Positions 18,618 through 28,843 of a stretch of DNA of 51,623 bases are shown here, one piece after another. The first letter of the stretch is position 1. Each line of letters starts with the position of its first letter. The notes beneath the pieces were generated by a model that did not search any database, was not told the origin of the DNA, and saw nothing but the letters and a program-made list of their open reading frames with translations. This DNA is from Patescibacteria group bacterium. GTDB lineage: Bacteria; Patescibacteriota; Microgenomatia; Daviesbacterales; UBA10151. The position numbers and the translations under genes are program-made. Location: positions 1-51,623 of the forward strand of contig DATDWU010000046.1 of the NCBI GenBank assembly GCA_035289525.1. The letters run 5' to 3'.

Positions 18618-19105
18618 GAAGTTTTATTAGTTGTGTCCGGAACTATATTTGGAGTAGCCGGAGCAGAAGGCTGCATCATCGGTGCCTCGGGTACCGGAGG
18701 AGGGGCGGCTGCAGCAGCATTCTGGGTCCGTTGGGCCTGTTTCTTCTGGATAATATTTTTTACCTCCTGGACGATTTGATCCGGTGTATAAGCTGCTTTA
18801 ACTAAATAGCCGTCAGCCCCAAGTTCAAAGCCCTGTTTAATAACTGCATCCTGGCCCAGGTTTGTTAATAGAACTACCACAATGTTTTTAGTTACCGGAT
18901 TCTGGCGGATGCTTTGTAAAATCTGCAATCCATTTATGTCCGGAAGCATGATATCAAGTAAAACCAAATCATAAGCATTTTTGGTTATTGCCGCTAAACC
19001 GTCCTGTCCGGTGCCAAAAGCATCTGTGCTAAAACCGGATAAATCGAGCTGTCTTTTGAAGAGGTCACGTATAAAGTCTTCGTCTTCAACCAAGAGTACC
19101 TTCAT
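18614..19105 (-). CDS. response regulator, receiver domain only, with Pro/Ala-rich tail
   Basis: KVLLVEDE...DLVLLDIMLPD...K receiver motifs. No output domain. Confidence 0.85.
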   Translation of the reverse strand: MKVLLVEDEDFIRDLFKRQLDLSGFSTDAFGTGQDGLAAITKNAYDLVLLDIMLPDINGLQILQSIRQNPVTKNIVVVLLTNLGQDAVIKQGFELGADGYLVKAAYTPDQIVQEVKNIIQKKQAQRTQNAAAAAPPPVPEAPMMQPSAPATPNIVPDTTNKTS

Positions 19106-19148
19106 AAAGTCATTCTAGCACAGAAAGTCAATGATAAATACTAAAAAA

Positions 19149-20675
19149 TTAAATAGCTTTTGTCAGCAAATTAATATCAAATGATTGGTTCACGGCCGGT
19201 AGTGAAAATGAGAAAGTTGAGCCTCTTCCAAAGCCCTCCGATTCCGCCCAGATCTTTCCATGGTGAAGTTCAATAATCGCTTTAGACAGGTATAAACCAA
19301 GGCCGTTTCCTTTTGAAGCCTGCTCCGCCGGGCCGCCCTGGATGCGGAAAAATTTTGAAAAAAGCCGGGGTAAGACATCCTTAGGGATGCCTTTACCGGT
19401 GTCTTTAATATGAGTGCTGATAAATTCGTCTTTTTGATCTATCCAAATCTCGATTCTGCCCTGAGGCTCGGTATAAGTTAAAGCATTGGAGATAATATTA
19501 TTTAAAACTTCATTAATTCTAACCAGATCAACCTGGACCGATAATTTAAGCCCCTGCGGAGGGGTAAATATTAAATTGATCCGCTTTTCATCTGCCCTAT
19601 GCTGAAAAGTTTCTACCTGGGAAGCAACATTGGTGACCCAATCGATCACCTGGGTATTTAAGCTCATTGCCCCTCTTTCAACCCGGGCCACGCTTAAAAG
19701 ATTCTCTACCAGACCTGACAGTTGCTGGGTTGAAGTATTAATCCGGCGGATGAACATTAATTGTTCCGGAGTCAGTTTTTTTTCGTTTTCGGACAGAAAT
19801 ACCGAGATATAACCCTTAACAGAGGTCAGGGGAGTCCTTAGTTCGTGAGCGGCCATTGAAACGAAGTCAAGTTTCATCGCTTCAAGTTGTTTCTCCTTGG
19901 TTCTGTCCTGGAGCAGAATAATCACCGAAGTATCAACAATTTCCCCCTGGGGAGGCTGATAGACCGATATATCGGCGATGGCCTGGCGGTTAATATTACT
20001 GATAACCTTGATTTCCGATCCGCTGTATATTTTAATTTCCGGAGTATTTGCAGAAATATCCGGTGATTTTTTTTGAATTGGTGCGTAAGTTGAAGGCAAA
20101 ATTTCCCGGTTCTGTTTATCGTAAAACCTGACAAACTGGTCAATACGTTTGCCTAAAACATTCATTTTTTGGACACCGGTGATATTTTGGGCGGCCAGGT
20201 TAATGAATTTCACCTCAAACTTTAAATCCAGGATAATAACAGGATCGGTTATTTCAAGAAGTGATATCTCAAAAAGTTTATTTTCGGCAGTATTAACATT
20301 AGTCAGGTTTGATAGCGTTTGATTATCCTGGACAAGCGATGACTGGAGACGGGACAGCATAAGATAGACCGGTTGAAAATCGAAAAGGTTGGTGTTTTCG
20401 GGTAAGGGTTTAAAAGTCCGGCTCAAAATACTTTGCAGGACATTTCCGGTGACCGCAAGCGGTTTAAGGTATTTTTTATCAATATATTTGGAAAATAAAT
20501 AGCCGGTTAAGCTTAGAAAAGGTAAAATTATAATTGTCCCTAAAACTAACTGGCCAAGGGATTTAAAATAGGGGGTATATGCGCTTAAAACCCAGGCAAG
20601 TATTGCCAATATGGCTGCAGGTGAAGCCATTAGTGCGAACAGGCCAATGTCTTTAAGCCGGGCAGATTTGGGCAT
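19149..20675 (-). CDS. sensor histidine kinase (2 TM, PAS-like, HisKA, HATPase)
   Basis: MAAHELRTPL H-box, plus N, G1 (DTGKGI) and G2 (GNGLGL) boxes. Start trimmed to the ATG at 20675, which follows TATAAT plus 7 nt. Confidence 0.85.
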   Translation of the reverse strand: MPKSARLKDIGLFALMASPAAILAILAWVLSAYTPYFKSLGQLVLGTIIILPFLSLTGYLFSKYIDKKYLKPLAVTGNVLQSILSRTFKPLPENTNLFDFQPVYLMLSRLQSSLVQDNQTLSNLTNVNTAENKLFEISLLEITDPVIILDLKFEVKFINLAAQNITGVQKMNVLGKRIDQFVRFYDKQNREILPSTYAPIQKKSPDISANTPEIKIYSGSEIKVISNINRQAIADISVYQPPQGEIVDTSVIILLQDRTKEKQLEAMKLDFVSMAAHELRTPLTSVKGYISVFLSENEKKLTPEQLMFIRRINTSTQQLSGLVENLLSVARVERGAMSLNTQVIDWVTNVASQVETFQHRADEKRINLIFTPPQGLKLSVQVDLVRINEVLNNIISNALTYTEPQGRIEIWIDQKDEFISTHIKDTGKGIPKDVLPRLFSKFFRIQGGPAEQASKGNGLGLYLSKAIIELHHGKIWAESEGFGRGSTFSFSLPAVNQSFDINLLTKAI

Positions 20676-20837
20676 TTGTAATATTATACCGCTTTGGAAT
20701 TTATTCTTGCTAATACCGGGTAGCTTGGCTGCGCGGACACAACTTGGCAAGAAGAACATAGATACTCCGTCGGCTTGCTGCGGAGTAGTTCATTTAGCGT
20801 CTTTTCAAGTTTCGGGTTTTTTTGGTAAAATGACTTT

Positions 20838-20940
20838 GTCATCCTGATCCGCCAGCTGGCGGAGAAAGATCTCTCAATTTATCTGAGTTACAATAATGTA
20901 TCTGATATTCATCAGAGATCCCTCGCTTCGCTCAGGATGA
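20838..20940. repeat. MITE-like palindromic element in the uvrB leader
   Basis: Ends GTCATCCTGA... and ...CTCGCTTCGCTCAGGATGA are inverted repeats. It contains TCCGCCAGCTGGCGGA (20848-20863). Confidence 0.6.
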
Positions 20941-20948
20941 AAATTTAT

Positions 20949-23003
20949 ATGAATAAATTTTCAATTTCCAGCCAGTTTAAACCTACCGGTGATCAGCCTC
21001 AGGCAATTGAGAAGCTAGTTGCAGGACTGAAAAAAGGAGAGAAAAGCCAGGTGCTTCTAGGTGTAACCGGATCCGGAAAAACTTTTACCATGGCCAATGT
21101 CATAGAAAGAACCCAAAGGCCAACCCTGATCATTTCCCATAACAAGACTTTAGCCGGGCAATTAGCCCAGGAATTTAAATCTATTTTTCCCGATAACGCT
21201 GTTGAATATTTCGTTTCTTACTACGATTATTACCAACCCGAGGCCTATATCGCCGCTTCCGATACCTATATCGAGAAAGAAACCCAGATTAACGAGGAAA
21301 TTGAAAAATTAAGACTTTCGACAACAACCTCTTTAGTTACCCGCCGGGATGTGATTGTTGTGGCTTCCGTTTCCTGTATCTATAACCTGGGTTCGCCGAA
21401 GGAATATATCGGTGCCACCATGGAGCTTAAGGCCGGTATGCATCTGTCTCCCGATTCGATCATTAAGATGCTGACGAAAATGTTCTATACCCGGAATGAG
21501 ATTGATTTTAAACGTTCAACCTTCCGGGTTAAAGGAGATACCATCGATATTTTCCCCTCGTACGCCGATCATGCTTTGCGTTTGGAATTACTGGGCGATA
21601 AAGTTGAGCGGATATCGGTTTTGGATCCCTTAACCGGTGATATTACTCCCACAACTCAGACAATTACGGTTTATCCGGCCAAACACTACATAACTCCCGA
21701 ACAAAGATTAATGCCGGGAATTACTCAAATAGAAGAAGATTTAAGATTAAGGATTAAAGATTTGAAAGCGCAGAATAAACTGATAGAAGCGCAAAGACTG
21801 GAACAGAGGACAAATTACGATATCGAAATGATCCGCGAGTTTGGGTATTGCAACGGCATTGAAAACTACTCCCGGTATTTTGAGGGCCGGGCTCCGGGCG
21901 AACCGCCTTATTCTTTAATGGAGTATTTTCCCAAAGATTTTCTGGTGATTATCGATGAGTCACATATAACCATTCCCCAGATCAGGGGAATGTATAACGG
22001 TGACAGGGCCCGCAAAGAAACTTTGGTTGATTTCGGATTTAGACTTCCTTCGGCTTTAGATAACCGGCCGCTTAAATTTGATGAATTTTTAAGGCGGATT
22101 AATCAAACTATTTATGTTAGCGCAACGCCTGATGAATACGAACTGTCTTTGGCTGCTTCAGGCGGGTCGCCTGTTAAAAAAGAAAATACCCTTGAAGAAG
22201 CACCGCTTATAAAAATAGGAGATGCTGATTGGTACGCCCAGCCAAATGTGGCTCAGCAGTTAATCCGTCCAACCGGAATTATTGATCCTGAAATCGAAGT
22301 CAGAAAAACCGAAGGTCAGATTCCGGATGTAATGAGAGAGGTTGAAGCAAGAGTCAAGAAGCACGAGAGAGTTTTGATAACGACTTTAACTAAGAGAATG
22401 GCGGAAGATTTATCAGAGTATTTGGCAGAGAGGCAGGTCAAAGTGACTTATCTGCACTCGGATATTGAAACACTCAAACGCGCCGATATTTTGCAGTCTT
22501 TGCGCATGGGGGAGTACGATGTTATCGTCGGTATCAACTTGCTCAGAGAAGGTCTGGATCTCCCCGAAGTCTCCCTGGTTATTATTCTTGATGCCGACAG
22601 AGAAGGGTTTTTGCGCTCCCGGACATCGCTGATCCAAACAATGGGCCGGGCAGCCAGACATATTCAGGGAAAAGTCATCATGTACGCGGATTCGGAAACT
22701 AAATCCATGAAAGCGGCGATCGAAGAGGTCGCCCGTCGCCGGGAATACCAGCTGGCTTACAATAAAAAGCACGGCATTACACCTAAATCAATCAGTAAGG
22801 CTTTACGGGACAGGTTGATAGAAAAAGTTGAGGAAATAGAAGAGAAATCCGGTAAAAAGGATTTAAGTATTGATGATATTCCGGAAAAGGATAAAGCGGA
22901 AATGGTAAAACTTCTGGAAGCCCAAATGCAGGAAGCCGCCAGTTTACTCGATTTTGAACAAGCAGCCAAAATTAGGGATCAGATAAAAGAATTAAGTATT
23001 TAA
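20949..23003 (+). CDS. uvrB: excinuclease ABC subunit B
   Basis: FKPTGDQPQAI, GVTGSGKT, DESH, the helicase C motifs, and a C-terminal UVR motif. The ATG at 20937 lies inside the repeat, so 20949 is preferred. Confidence 0.95.
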   Translation: MNKFSISSQFKPTGDQPQAIEKLVAGLKKGEKSQVLLGVTGSGKTFTMANVIERTQRPTLIISHNKTLAGQLAQEFKSIFPDNAVEYFVSYYDYYQPEAYIAASDTYIEKETQINEEIEKLRLSTTTSLVTRRDVIVVASVSCIYNLGSPKEYIGATMELKAGMHLSPDSIIKMLTKMFYTRNEIDFKRSTFRVKGDTIDIFPSYADHALRLELLGDKVERISVLDPLTGDITPTTQTITVYPAKHYITPEQRLMPGITQIEEDLRLRIKDLKAQNKLIEAQRLEQRTNYDIEMIREFGYCNGIENYSRYFEGRAPGEPPYSLMEYFPKDFLVIIDESHITIPQIRGMYNGDRARKETLVDFGFRLPSALDNRPLKFDEFLRRINQTIYVSATPDEYELSLAASGGSPVKKENTLEEAPLIKIGDADWYAQPNVAQQLIRPTGIIDPEIEVRKTEGQIPDVMREVEARVKKHERVLITTLTKRMAEDLSEYLAERQVKVTYLHSDIETLKRADILQSLRMGEYDVIVGINLLREGLDLPEVSLVIILDADREGFLRSRTSLIQTMGRAARHIQGKVIMYADSETKSMKAAIEEVARRREYQLAYNKKHGITPKSISKALRDRLIEKVEEIEEKSGKKDLSIDDIPEKDKAEMVKLLEAQMQEAASLLDFEQAAKIRDQIKELSI

Positions 23004-23752
23004 TAAAGTGGACTTGCTGACAAACTGGACATAATTAAAGGTTTTCTCAGCTGAAAATTTTCCATTAAAATATTTACTAAATCTATTTCCCAATCTTTTG
23101 ATGTTGGTGATATATATACTGATTCTATTAATTTGTCTAAATCAACTTCTAAGTATATTCCATCAGGACTATTGTCGTTTTCCGATTTTGGACGGAAACT
23201 AGCTTCAGATAGCCGTGCTAGGATTACCCTTAATTCATATTCATATTCAAAACTTTTCCTTTTTCTAATAAAAGGATTTAATAGATTCTTCGTATCAATA
23301 AGGTCTTTATCATAATCAATATATTTTACTTTCCCAATAAAGATATCTTCTTTCAAATTTTTGAAGCTGTTTTTTAAACCTTTAAAAGTTGATTGAATCG
23401 CTATGCCTTTTCCTCCTTGAGAGTATAAGTTCCACATTGCTGCTGATTCATGAGAATTCATATGCCAACTGCTAATATAAACATGTTCCCTTATCTGTTT
23501 AGCAAATTCAGAAATTTGTCTTTCGATATTTAAATTGGGATTTCCCCGAGCGACACTTTTAAAGAACTCACTTCTTGTATCTACAGATTTTTTAGTATAA
23601 GAACCTTCGAAGGCATCTTCAAGTTTACTTGCTTTTGGAAAATACAAATTCTTTTTGGATATCATATATGCAAATTTTGCTATATCTAGATAACGCCAAA
23701 TTTTGATATCTTCACTTCTGGGAGCTGTGAAACTAGGGTGAGTTTGATACAT
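23000..23752 (-). CDS. DUF2971-like protein
   Basis: IWRYLDIAKFAYMISKKNLYFPKASKLEDAFEG resembles the DUF2971 N-terminal signature. Its orientation is opposite to the flanking uvr genes. Confidence 0.55.
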   Translation of the reverse strand: MYQTHPSFTAPRSEDIKIWRYLDIAKFAYMISKKNLYFPKASKLEDAFEGSYTKKSVDTRSEFFKSVARGNPNLNIERQISEFAKQIREHVYISSWHMNSHESAAMWNLYSQGGKGIAIQSTFKGLKNSFKNLKEDIFIGKVKYIDYDKDLIDTKNLLNPFIRKRKSFEYEYELRVILARLSEASFRPKSENDNSPDGIYLEVDLDKLIESVYISPTSKDWEIDLVNILMENFQLRKPLIMSSLSASPLY

Positions 23753-23936
23753 AATTTACACTACAAAGTATAGTTTGTTTTATAGGTTTCTTTCAATACA
23801 TTAGGGGTTTAAAAAGTTTTGTAAATCTGGTAAAATTTTCAGTCGGCCAGCTGGTTGACTGTTTCGCCTAAAATTCGTGAGTCTAAAAATTGCTAAATTG
23901 TTACATTGTTGAATTGTTAGAACACAAAAAATTTCT

Positions 23937-26837
23937 ATGAACGATAAAATTATCATTAAGGGCGCACGGCAGCATAACCTTAAAAATATAGACTTAGAAA
24001 TTCCAAAGAACAAATTGGTCGTGTTTACGGGGATTTCCGGTTCAGGCAAGTCTTCCTTAGCTTTCGATACCCTTTATGCTGAAGGTCAGCGGAGGTATGT
24101 TGAGTCGTTATCCGCTTACGCCAGGCAATTCTTAGGAGTTATGGACAAGCCTGATGTTGATTATATTGAAGGGTTGTCTCCGGCGATTTCGATTGATCAA
24201 AAAGCTGCCTCGCATAATCCTCGTTCAACAGTTGGCACTACAACTGAAATTTATGATTACATGAGGCTGTTATTTGCCCGGATCGGTCATCCCCACTGTC
24301 CTGTTTGCGGCCGGGAAATTTCCAGGATGAGTGTCCAGCAGATTGCGGAAGCGGTCATAAATAAAATTAAGGACTCTTCAAAGAAACAGTACAGATTCTT
24401 CATTATGGCGCCGGTTGTTAAAGACCGCAAAGGCGAATTTACTTCGCTTTTTGAGGATTTGAGGAAAAAAGGTTTTTCCAGAATCAGAATTGATGGTCAT
24501 CTTCGCGAGTTATCCGAAGATTTTATGATCCTGAAAAATAATAAGCATACAATTGACGTTATCGTGGACAGGTTAGTATTAAACACTAAAAGTGTTCAAG
24601 AACAATCTAATTACTCAAGACTCTCTCAATCGATTGAGACAGCAGCCAAAATGGGTGAAGGTTCTGTTATTATATCTGAAGTTTTGGATGCGTCTTTAGA
24701 TTTCCCCCAAAATCCTAAAAAACTTGAGGATCATTTATACTCGGAAAGATTCGCTTGTCCTCTGGATAATATTGCATTAGCCGAGGTTGAACCAAGGTTA
24801 TTTTCGTTTAACTCACCCCACGGCGCATGTCCCGAATGTACAGGATTGGGCTCGCTTTTAGAAATTGATCCGGAGCTAATATTAAATCCAATTTTATCCA
24901 TTGCAGAAGGCGGAATTTTACCTTGGAGCAAACTGGCCACAAACGAAACCTGGTTTACGAGGCTGATTGAAGCCGTCGGAAAACAGTTTGGTTTTAATTT
25001 AAGTACCAGATTAGGCGAACTTTCTGAAGAAGCAAGGAAAATTTTGCTTTACGGCGCCGGGGAAATAGAATTTGAAGTTGAGGGTAAAAACAGGCAGGGC
25101 CGTTGGACTAGTTTTTATTCGGCTTTTAGAGGTCTGGCCGAGTATTTGAAGGAAAGATATAAAGAGACAGAGTCGGAATGGGTTAAATCGGAAATAGAAA
25201 AATATATGGTTAGGGAGATCTGTCCTAAGTGTAAGGGAGCCAGGTTAAAAGATGAATCATTATCGGTAACTGTTGATAAGTTAAATATAGCCGAAGTGAC
25301 AACCATGGCTATCAGGGAGGCATTGGGGTGGACAAAAAAATTGGAAGTTGACTCGTCGCTCAGTGAGCGTGAGGGAATAATTGCTAAAGCCATACTAAAA
25401 GAGATCATCTCCAGATTGCAATTCCTGGTTGATGTCGGGCTTGATTATCTGACTTTAGACCGGGCATCAATGACTTTGGCAGGAGGGGAGTCCCAAAGGA
25501 TCAGGCTGGCTTCTCAAATCGGCTCCGGTTTGTCAGGGGTCTTGTATGTTTTGGATGAACCATCGATCGGACTGCACCAAAGGGATAATACCAGGCTGAT
25601 CACCACCTTAAAAAAACTCAGGGAGTTGGGTAATACTGTAATTGTTAACGAACATGATGCTGAAACAATGCTGGAGTCTGACTATATGTTTGAAATTGGC
25701 CCCGGAGCCGGCGAACATGGTGGAAAGATCGTGGCTTTTGGAACTCCGCAGGATATTTTAGATAATCCCGAATCATTAACCGGTAAATATTTATCCGGTA
25801 AAAAGAAAATTGAAATCCTGCCGGAGAAAAAACCTTCTGAAAATACCGGATTTTTGGAAGTTGTTAAAGCTTCGGAGCATAATTTGAAAAATATCTCGGT
25901 TAAATTCCCCTTAGGCAGGTTAATTTCTATAACCGGGGTTTCAGGCTCCGGTAAATCAACCCTGATCCATGATGTCTTATATAAAACTTTAGCCCAAAGA
26001 TATTACCGCTCGAAAGAGAAACCAGGTAGTCACGAGCAGGTTTTAGGGACGGAAAATATTGATAAAGTTGTTTTAGTAGATCAATCTCCAATCGGTCGGA
26101 CCCCACGGTCAAACCCGGCAACTTATACAGGTGCCTTTACGTTTATCCGCGAACTTTTTGCTTCCAGCCCGGAAGCTAAGATCCGCGGTTATGGACCGGG
26201 ACGCTTCTCGTTTAATGTTAAAGGAGGCCGTTGTGAGGTTTGTGAGGGTGACGGCCAAATTAAAATCGAGATGCAATTTTTGCCTGACGTATTCGTGGCC
26301 TGCGAAGGTTGCGGAGGCAAGCGTTATAACCGTGAGGCTTTGGAAATCCACTTTAAAGATAAAGATATCTCTCAGGTATTGGATATGACTGTTGAAGAAT
26401 CGTTGGATTTTTTTACCAACATTCCGCAAATAAAGAATAAGCTGGTTGTTTTAAATGATGTCGGTTTAGGCTATATCAGGCTTGGACAACCGGCAACAAC
26501 TTTATCCGGGGGAGAAGCGCAGAGAATTAAACTGTCTTCGGAATTATCCAAACGCCAAACCGGAAGGACGATTTATATCCTGGACGAGCCGACAACCGGA
26601 TTGCACTTTGCCGATATTGAACGATTGTTAAAGATTCTTCGTCGCCTGGTAGATCTGGGTAATACTGTAATTATCATTGAGCACAATCTTGATGTTATTA
26701 AAAATGCCGACTGGATTATTGATTTGGGTCCTGAAGGGGGAGTTGGAGGAGGGACTTTAGTTGCAGAGGGGACGCCGAAGCAAATTGCAGCTACAAAAAA
26801 TTCTTACACCGGTCAATATTTGGCAAAAATACTGTGA
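23937..26837 (+). CDS. uvrA: excinuclease ABC subunit A
   Basis: Two ABC modules ([23 protein letters not shown] x2) and zinc-finger Cys clusters. Confidence 0.95.
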   Translation: MNDKIIIKGARQHNLKNIDLEIPKNKLVVFTGISGSGKSSLAFDTLYAEGQRRYVESLSAYARQFLGVMDKPDVDYIEGLSPAISIDQKAASHNPRSTVGTTTEIYDYMRLLFARIGHPHCPVCGREISRMSVQQIAEAVINKIKDSSKKQYRFFIMAPVVKDRKGEFTSLFEDLRKKGFSRIRIDGHLRELSEDFMILKNNKHTIDVIVDRLVLNTKSVQEQSNYSRLSQSIETAAKMGEGSVIISEVLDASLDFPQNPKKLEDHLYSERFACPLDNIALAEVEPRLFSFNSPHGACPECTGLGSLLEIDPELILNPILSIAEGGILPWSKLATNETWFTRLIEAVGKQFGFNLSTRLGELSEEARKILLYGAGEIEFEVEGKNRQGRWTSFYSAFRGLAEYLKERYKETESEWVKSEIEKYMVREICPKCKGARLKDESLSVTVDKLNIAEVTTMAIREALGWTKKLEVDSSLSEREGIIAKAILKEIISRLQFLVDVGLDYLTLDRASMTLAGGESQRIRLASQIGSGLSGVLYVLDEPSIGLHQRDNTRLITTLKKLRELGNTVIVNEHDAETMLESDYMFEIGPGAGEHGGKIVAFGTPQDILDNPESLTGKYLSGKKKIEILPEKKPSENTGFLEVVKASEHNLKNISVKFPLGRLISITGVSGSGKSTLIHDVLYKTLAQRYYRSKEKPGSHEQVLGTENIDKVVLVDQSPIGRTPRSNPATYTGAFTFIRELFASSPEAKIRGYGPGRFSFNVKGGRCEVCEGDGQIKIEMQFLPDVFVACEGCGGKRYNREALEIHFKDKDISQVLDMTVEESLDFFTNIPQIKNKLVVLNDVGLGYIRLGQPATTLSGGEAQRIKLSSELSKRQTGRTIYILDEPTTGLHFADIERLLKILRRLVDLGNTVIIIEHNLDVIKNADWIIDLGPEGGVGGGTLVAEGTPKQIAATKNSYTGQYLAKIL

Positions 26838-26911
26838 AGTTTGTACAATGATTAAAGACTGGAGATTAATGATTAGAAAAAAATCCAATCGTTAATCTTA
26901 AATCTTCTTGC

Positions 26912-28777
26912 ATGATAAAAATCTTCAAGCTACTTTTAGCTACTGCTCTAGTTTACTTTAGTCTGTGGCTAACACCTATTGTACATGCTGCTGACGAGTT
27001 CTCCTCTAGCTATGAGGTTTTATATTCTTTGTCTGAGGATGGCAAAACCGATGTCAAGCAGGACATTAAGCTTAAAAACCTTACCGATAAATTCTTTCCT
27101 TCCAGCTTTAGCTTAACTTTACCCGGAAAGGGCATTTCCGAACTTGAGGCAGCCGACTCTCAAGGTCCGTTAGAGGTTGTTATTTCCGAAGAAGGAGACA
27201 ATACCAAACTGACAGTTAAGTTCACCAACCAGCAAATCATCGGACTGAATAAGGAGTATGGATTTAATTTAAAATTTAGAAGCGACAGAATAGCCAGGCG
27301 GTTGGGTAAAGTTGTCAGTGTCAACATCCCCAAGGTCTCACAAAACAGCCAGATTGACAGTTTTAATATAACTTTATCGGTACCCAGTTCGTTCGGAGAC
27401 CCGGATTTTATTACTCCAAAACCGTCATCGCTAAGCGAATCCGGAGGAAGAATAAACTATGCCTTCAAAAGTAAAGCGGATATCCGGACAGGAATTTCAG
27501 CCATCTTCGGTCAAAGCCTGGTTTTTGGGTTTGAGGCTAAATATCTCCTTAAAAATAATTCAATTTTTCCAAAAATTTTAGACATCCCGTTGCCGGTGGA
27601 TTCCCAGTATCAGCAGACATATATCGACAATATTGAACCCCGTCCGGAAAACACCCGGACAGATCAATTGGGTAACGTCCTGGCCTCTTTTAAAGTCAAC
27701 CCCGGCGAGTCAACGCAAGTTCAAGTCAGGGGGGAAATTCAAACTTATTTAAAAAGCCGGGAAAAGAAAATTCTCAGTAATCCGGAAATCCAGTCATATC
27801 TTACCGGGAGCAAGTATTGGGATATTGAGAATCCGGCTATTAAAAACAAGCTGGCCGAGATTTTGTTACCGCAAAATTTGCAAAATAATCTGCAGAAGGC
27901 AGCTGAAATCGATAAGTACGTCAGTAATTTTTTGCAATTTGACTACGGCCGGCTGTCGGGAAATGATTTTAAGAGGTTTGGCTCGGTGACGGCGCTTAAT
28001 AATCCGGAAAAGTCTTTATCGGCAGAATTTGTTGACCTGGAATTAGCCCTGCTTAGGGCGGGTCAGATCCCGGCCAGACAGGTGATAGGATTTAGCTTGG
28101 CCGAAGCCGGGAAACCGTATGCTTTTTACAATAACGGGCTGCATAGCTGGGTGGAGATTTATGATCAGGGAGCAGGTTGGGTGATTTCGGATCCGGTCTG
28201 GGAAAGCACCACTAAAGGGGGACAGTTTTTTAATTTTAATGACCTGACGCATTTAAGTTTGGCTATCGGCAATGGTATGGATGATTTTGTTTTGCCGGAG
28301 GCCGTTAATACGGTGTTTTTGGATAAGGATATTGTTGAGCGCAAGGAAGCCCGGCTGGACATTAAAGTAGACTCAAAAATTTTATCAGGTTTTCCTTCAA
28401 AGCTAAAAATCAGGATTGATAATGTAGGCAATGCGGCTTTTCCGGCAAGCGAATTAAAAATTGACACGGCCAAAATTTTACTGGAATCTCCGGGCCAGTC
28501 GCCTGAAATTACCAAACTTATAAAAACACCGGTAATCCCTCCTTCCGGTAATTTGGAATACGAACTGAACCTCAAAACCGGGGCAATCTGGCATTCTTAC
28601 CAGGATGTTTTACAGATAACTTTTGCCGGAGCAAGAGAAACCCGGGTTATCTCGGTTGAGCCGATACTTTCTTATAAAATTTTTGCCGTTGAAATTATCG
28701 GAGGGGTAATTATTATTGCTTTATTTTATTCGCTTATTTTATTGGTTCACCATAAATCTACAAGAAAGTCTTCTTAA
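26912..28777 (+). CDS. secreted transglutaminase-like protein with C-terminal TM anchor
   Basis: Signal peptide, core LSAEFVDLELALLRAGQIPAR...HSWVEIY...GWVISDP, and a terminal hydrophobic helix. Confidence 0.65.
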   Translation: MIKIFKLLLATALVYFSLWLTPIVHAADEFSSSYEVLYSLSEDGKTDVKQDIKLKNLTDKFFPSSFSLTLPGKGISELEAADSQGPLEVVISEEGDNTKLTVKFTNQQIIGLNKEYGFNLKFRSDRIARRLGKVVSVNIPKVSQNSQIDSFNITLSVPSSFGDPDFITPKPSSLSESGGRINYAFKSKADIRTGISAIFGQSLVFGFEAKYLLKNNSIFPKILDIPLPVDSQYQQTYIDNIEPRPENTRTDQLGNVLASFKVNPGESTQVQVRGEIQTYLKSREKKILSNPEIQSYLTGSKYWDIENPAIKNKLAEILLPQNLQNNLQKAAEIDKYVSNFLQFDYGRLSGNDFKRFGSVTALNNPEKSLSAEFVDLELALLRAGQIPARQVIGFSLAEAGKPYAFYNNGLHSWVEIYDQGAGWVISDPVWESTTKGGQFFNFNDLTHLSLAIGNGMDDFVLPEAVNTVFLDKDIVERKEARLDIKVDSKILSGFPSKLKIRIDNVGNAAFPASELKIDTAKILLESPGQSPEITKLIKTPVIPPSGNLEYELNLKTGAIWHSYQDVLQITFAGARETRVISVEPILSYKIFAVEIIGGVIIIALFYSLILLVHHKSTRKSS

Positions 28778-28843
28778 ACGTAATATCTCAGGCTATTGTG
28801 AGCTGAGCTCGCCTTTTGTTAATTCAAAAGGTAAAATACGCTG

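Noticed and set aside
23880-23936. AGAAC half-sites upstream of uvrA and uvrB (20750-20765), considered as a Gram-positive-type LexA box.
   Set aside because: Only half-sites are present, with no GAAC-N4-GTTC dyad. This is easily produced by chance in AT-rich DNA.
28165-28575. 136-aa minus-strand ORF and other antisense ORFs inside uvrA, uvrB, lysC, asd and dapB (for example 26109-26429, 22413-22772, 13264-13587, 11722-12108).
   Set aside because: They are embedded in confidently identified genes on the opposite strand, have no motifs and have odd composition.
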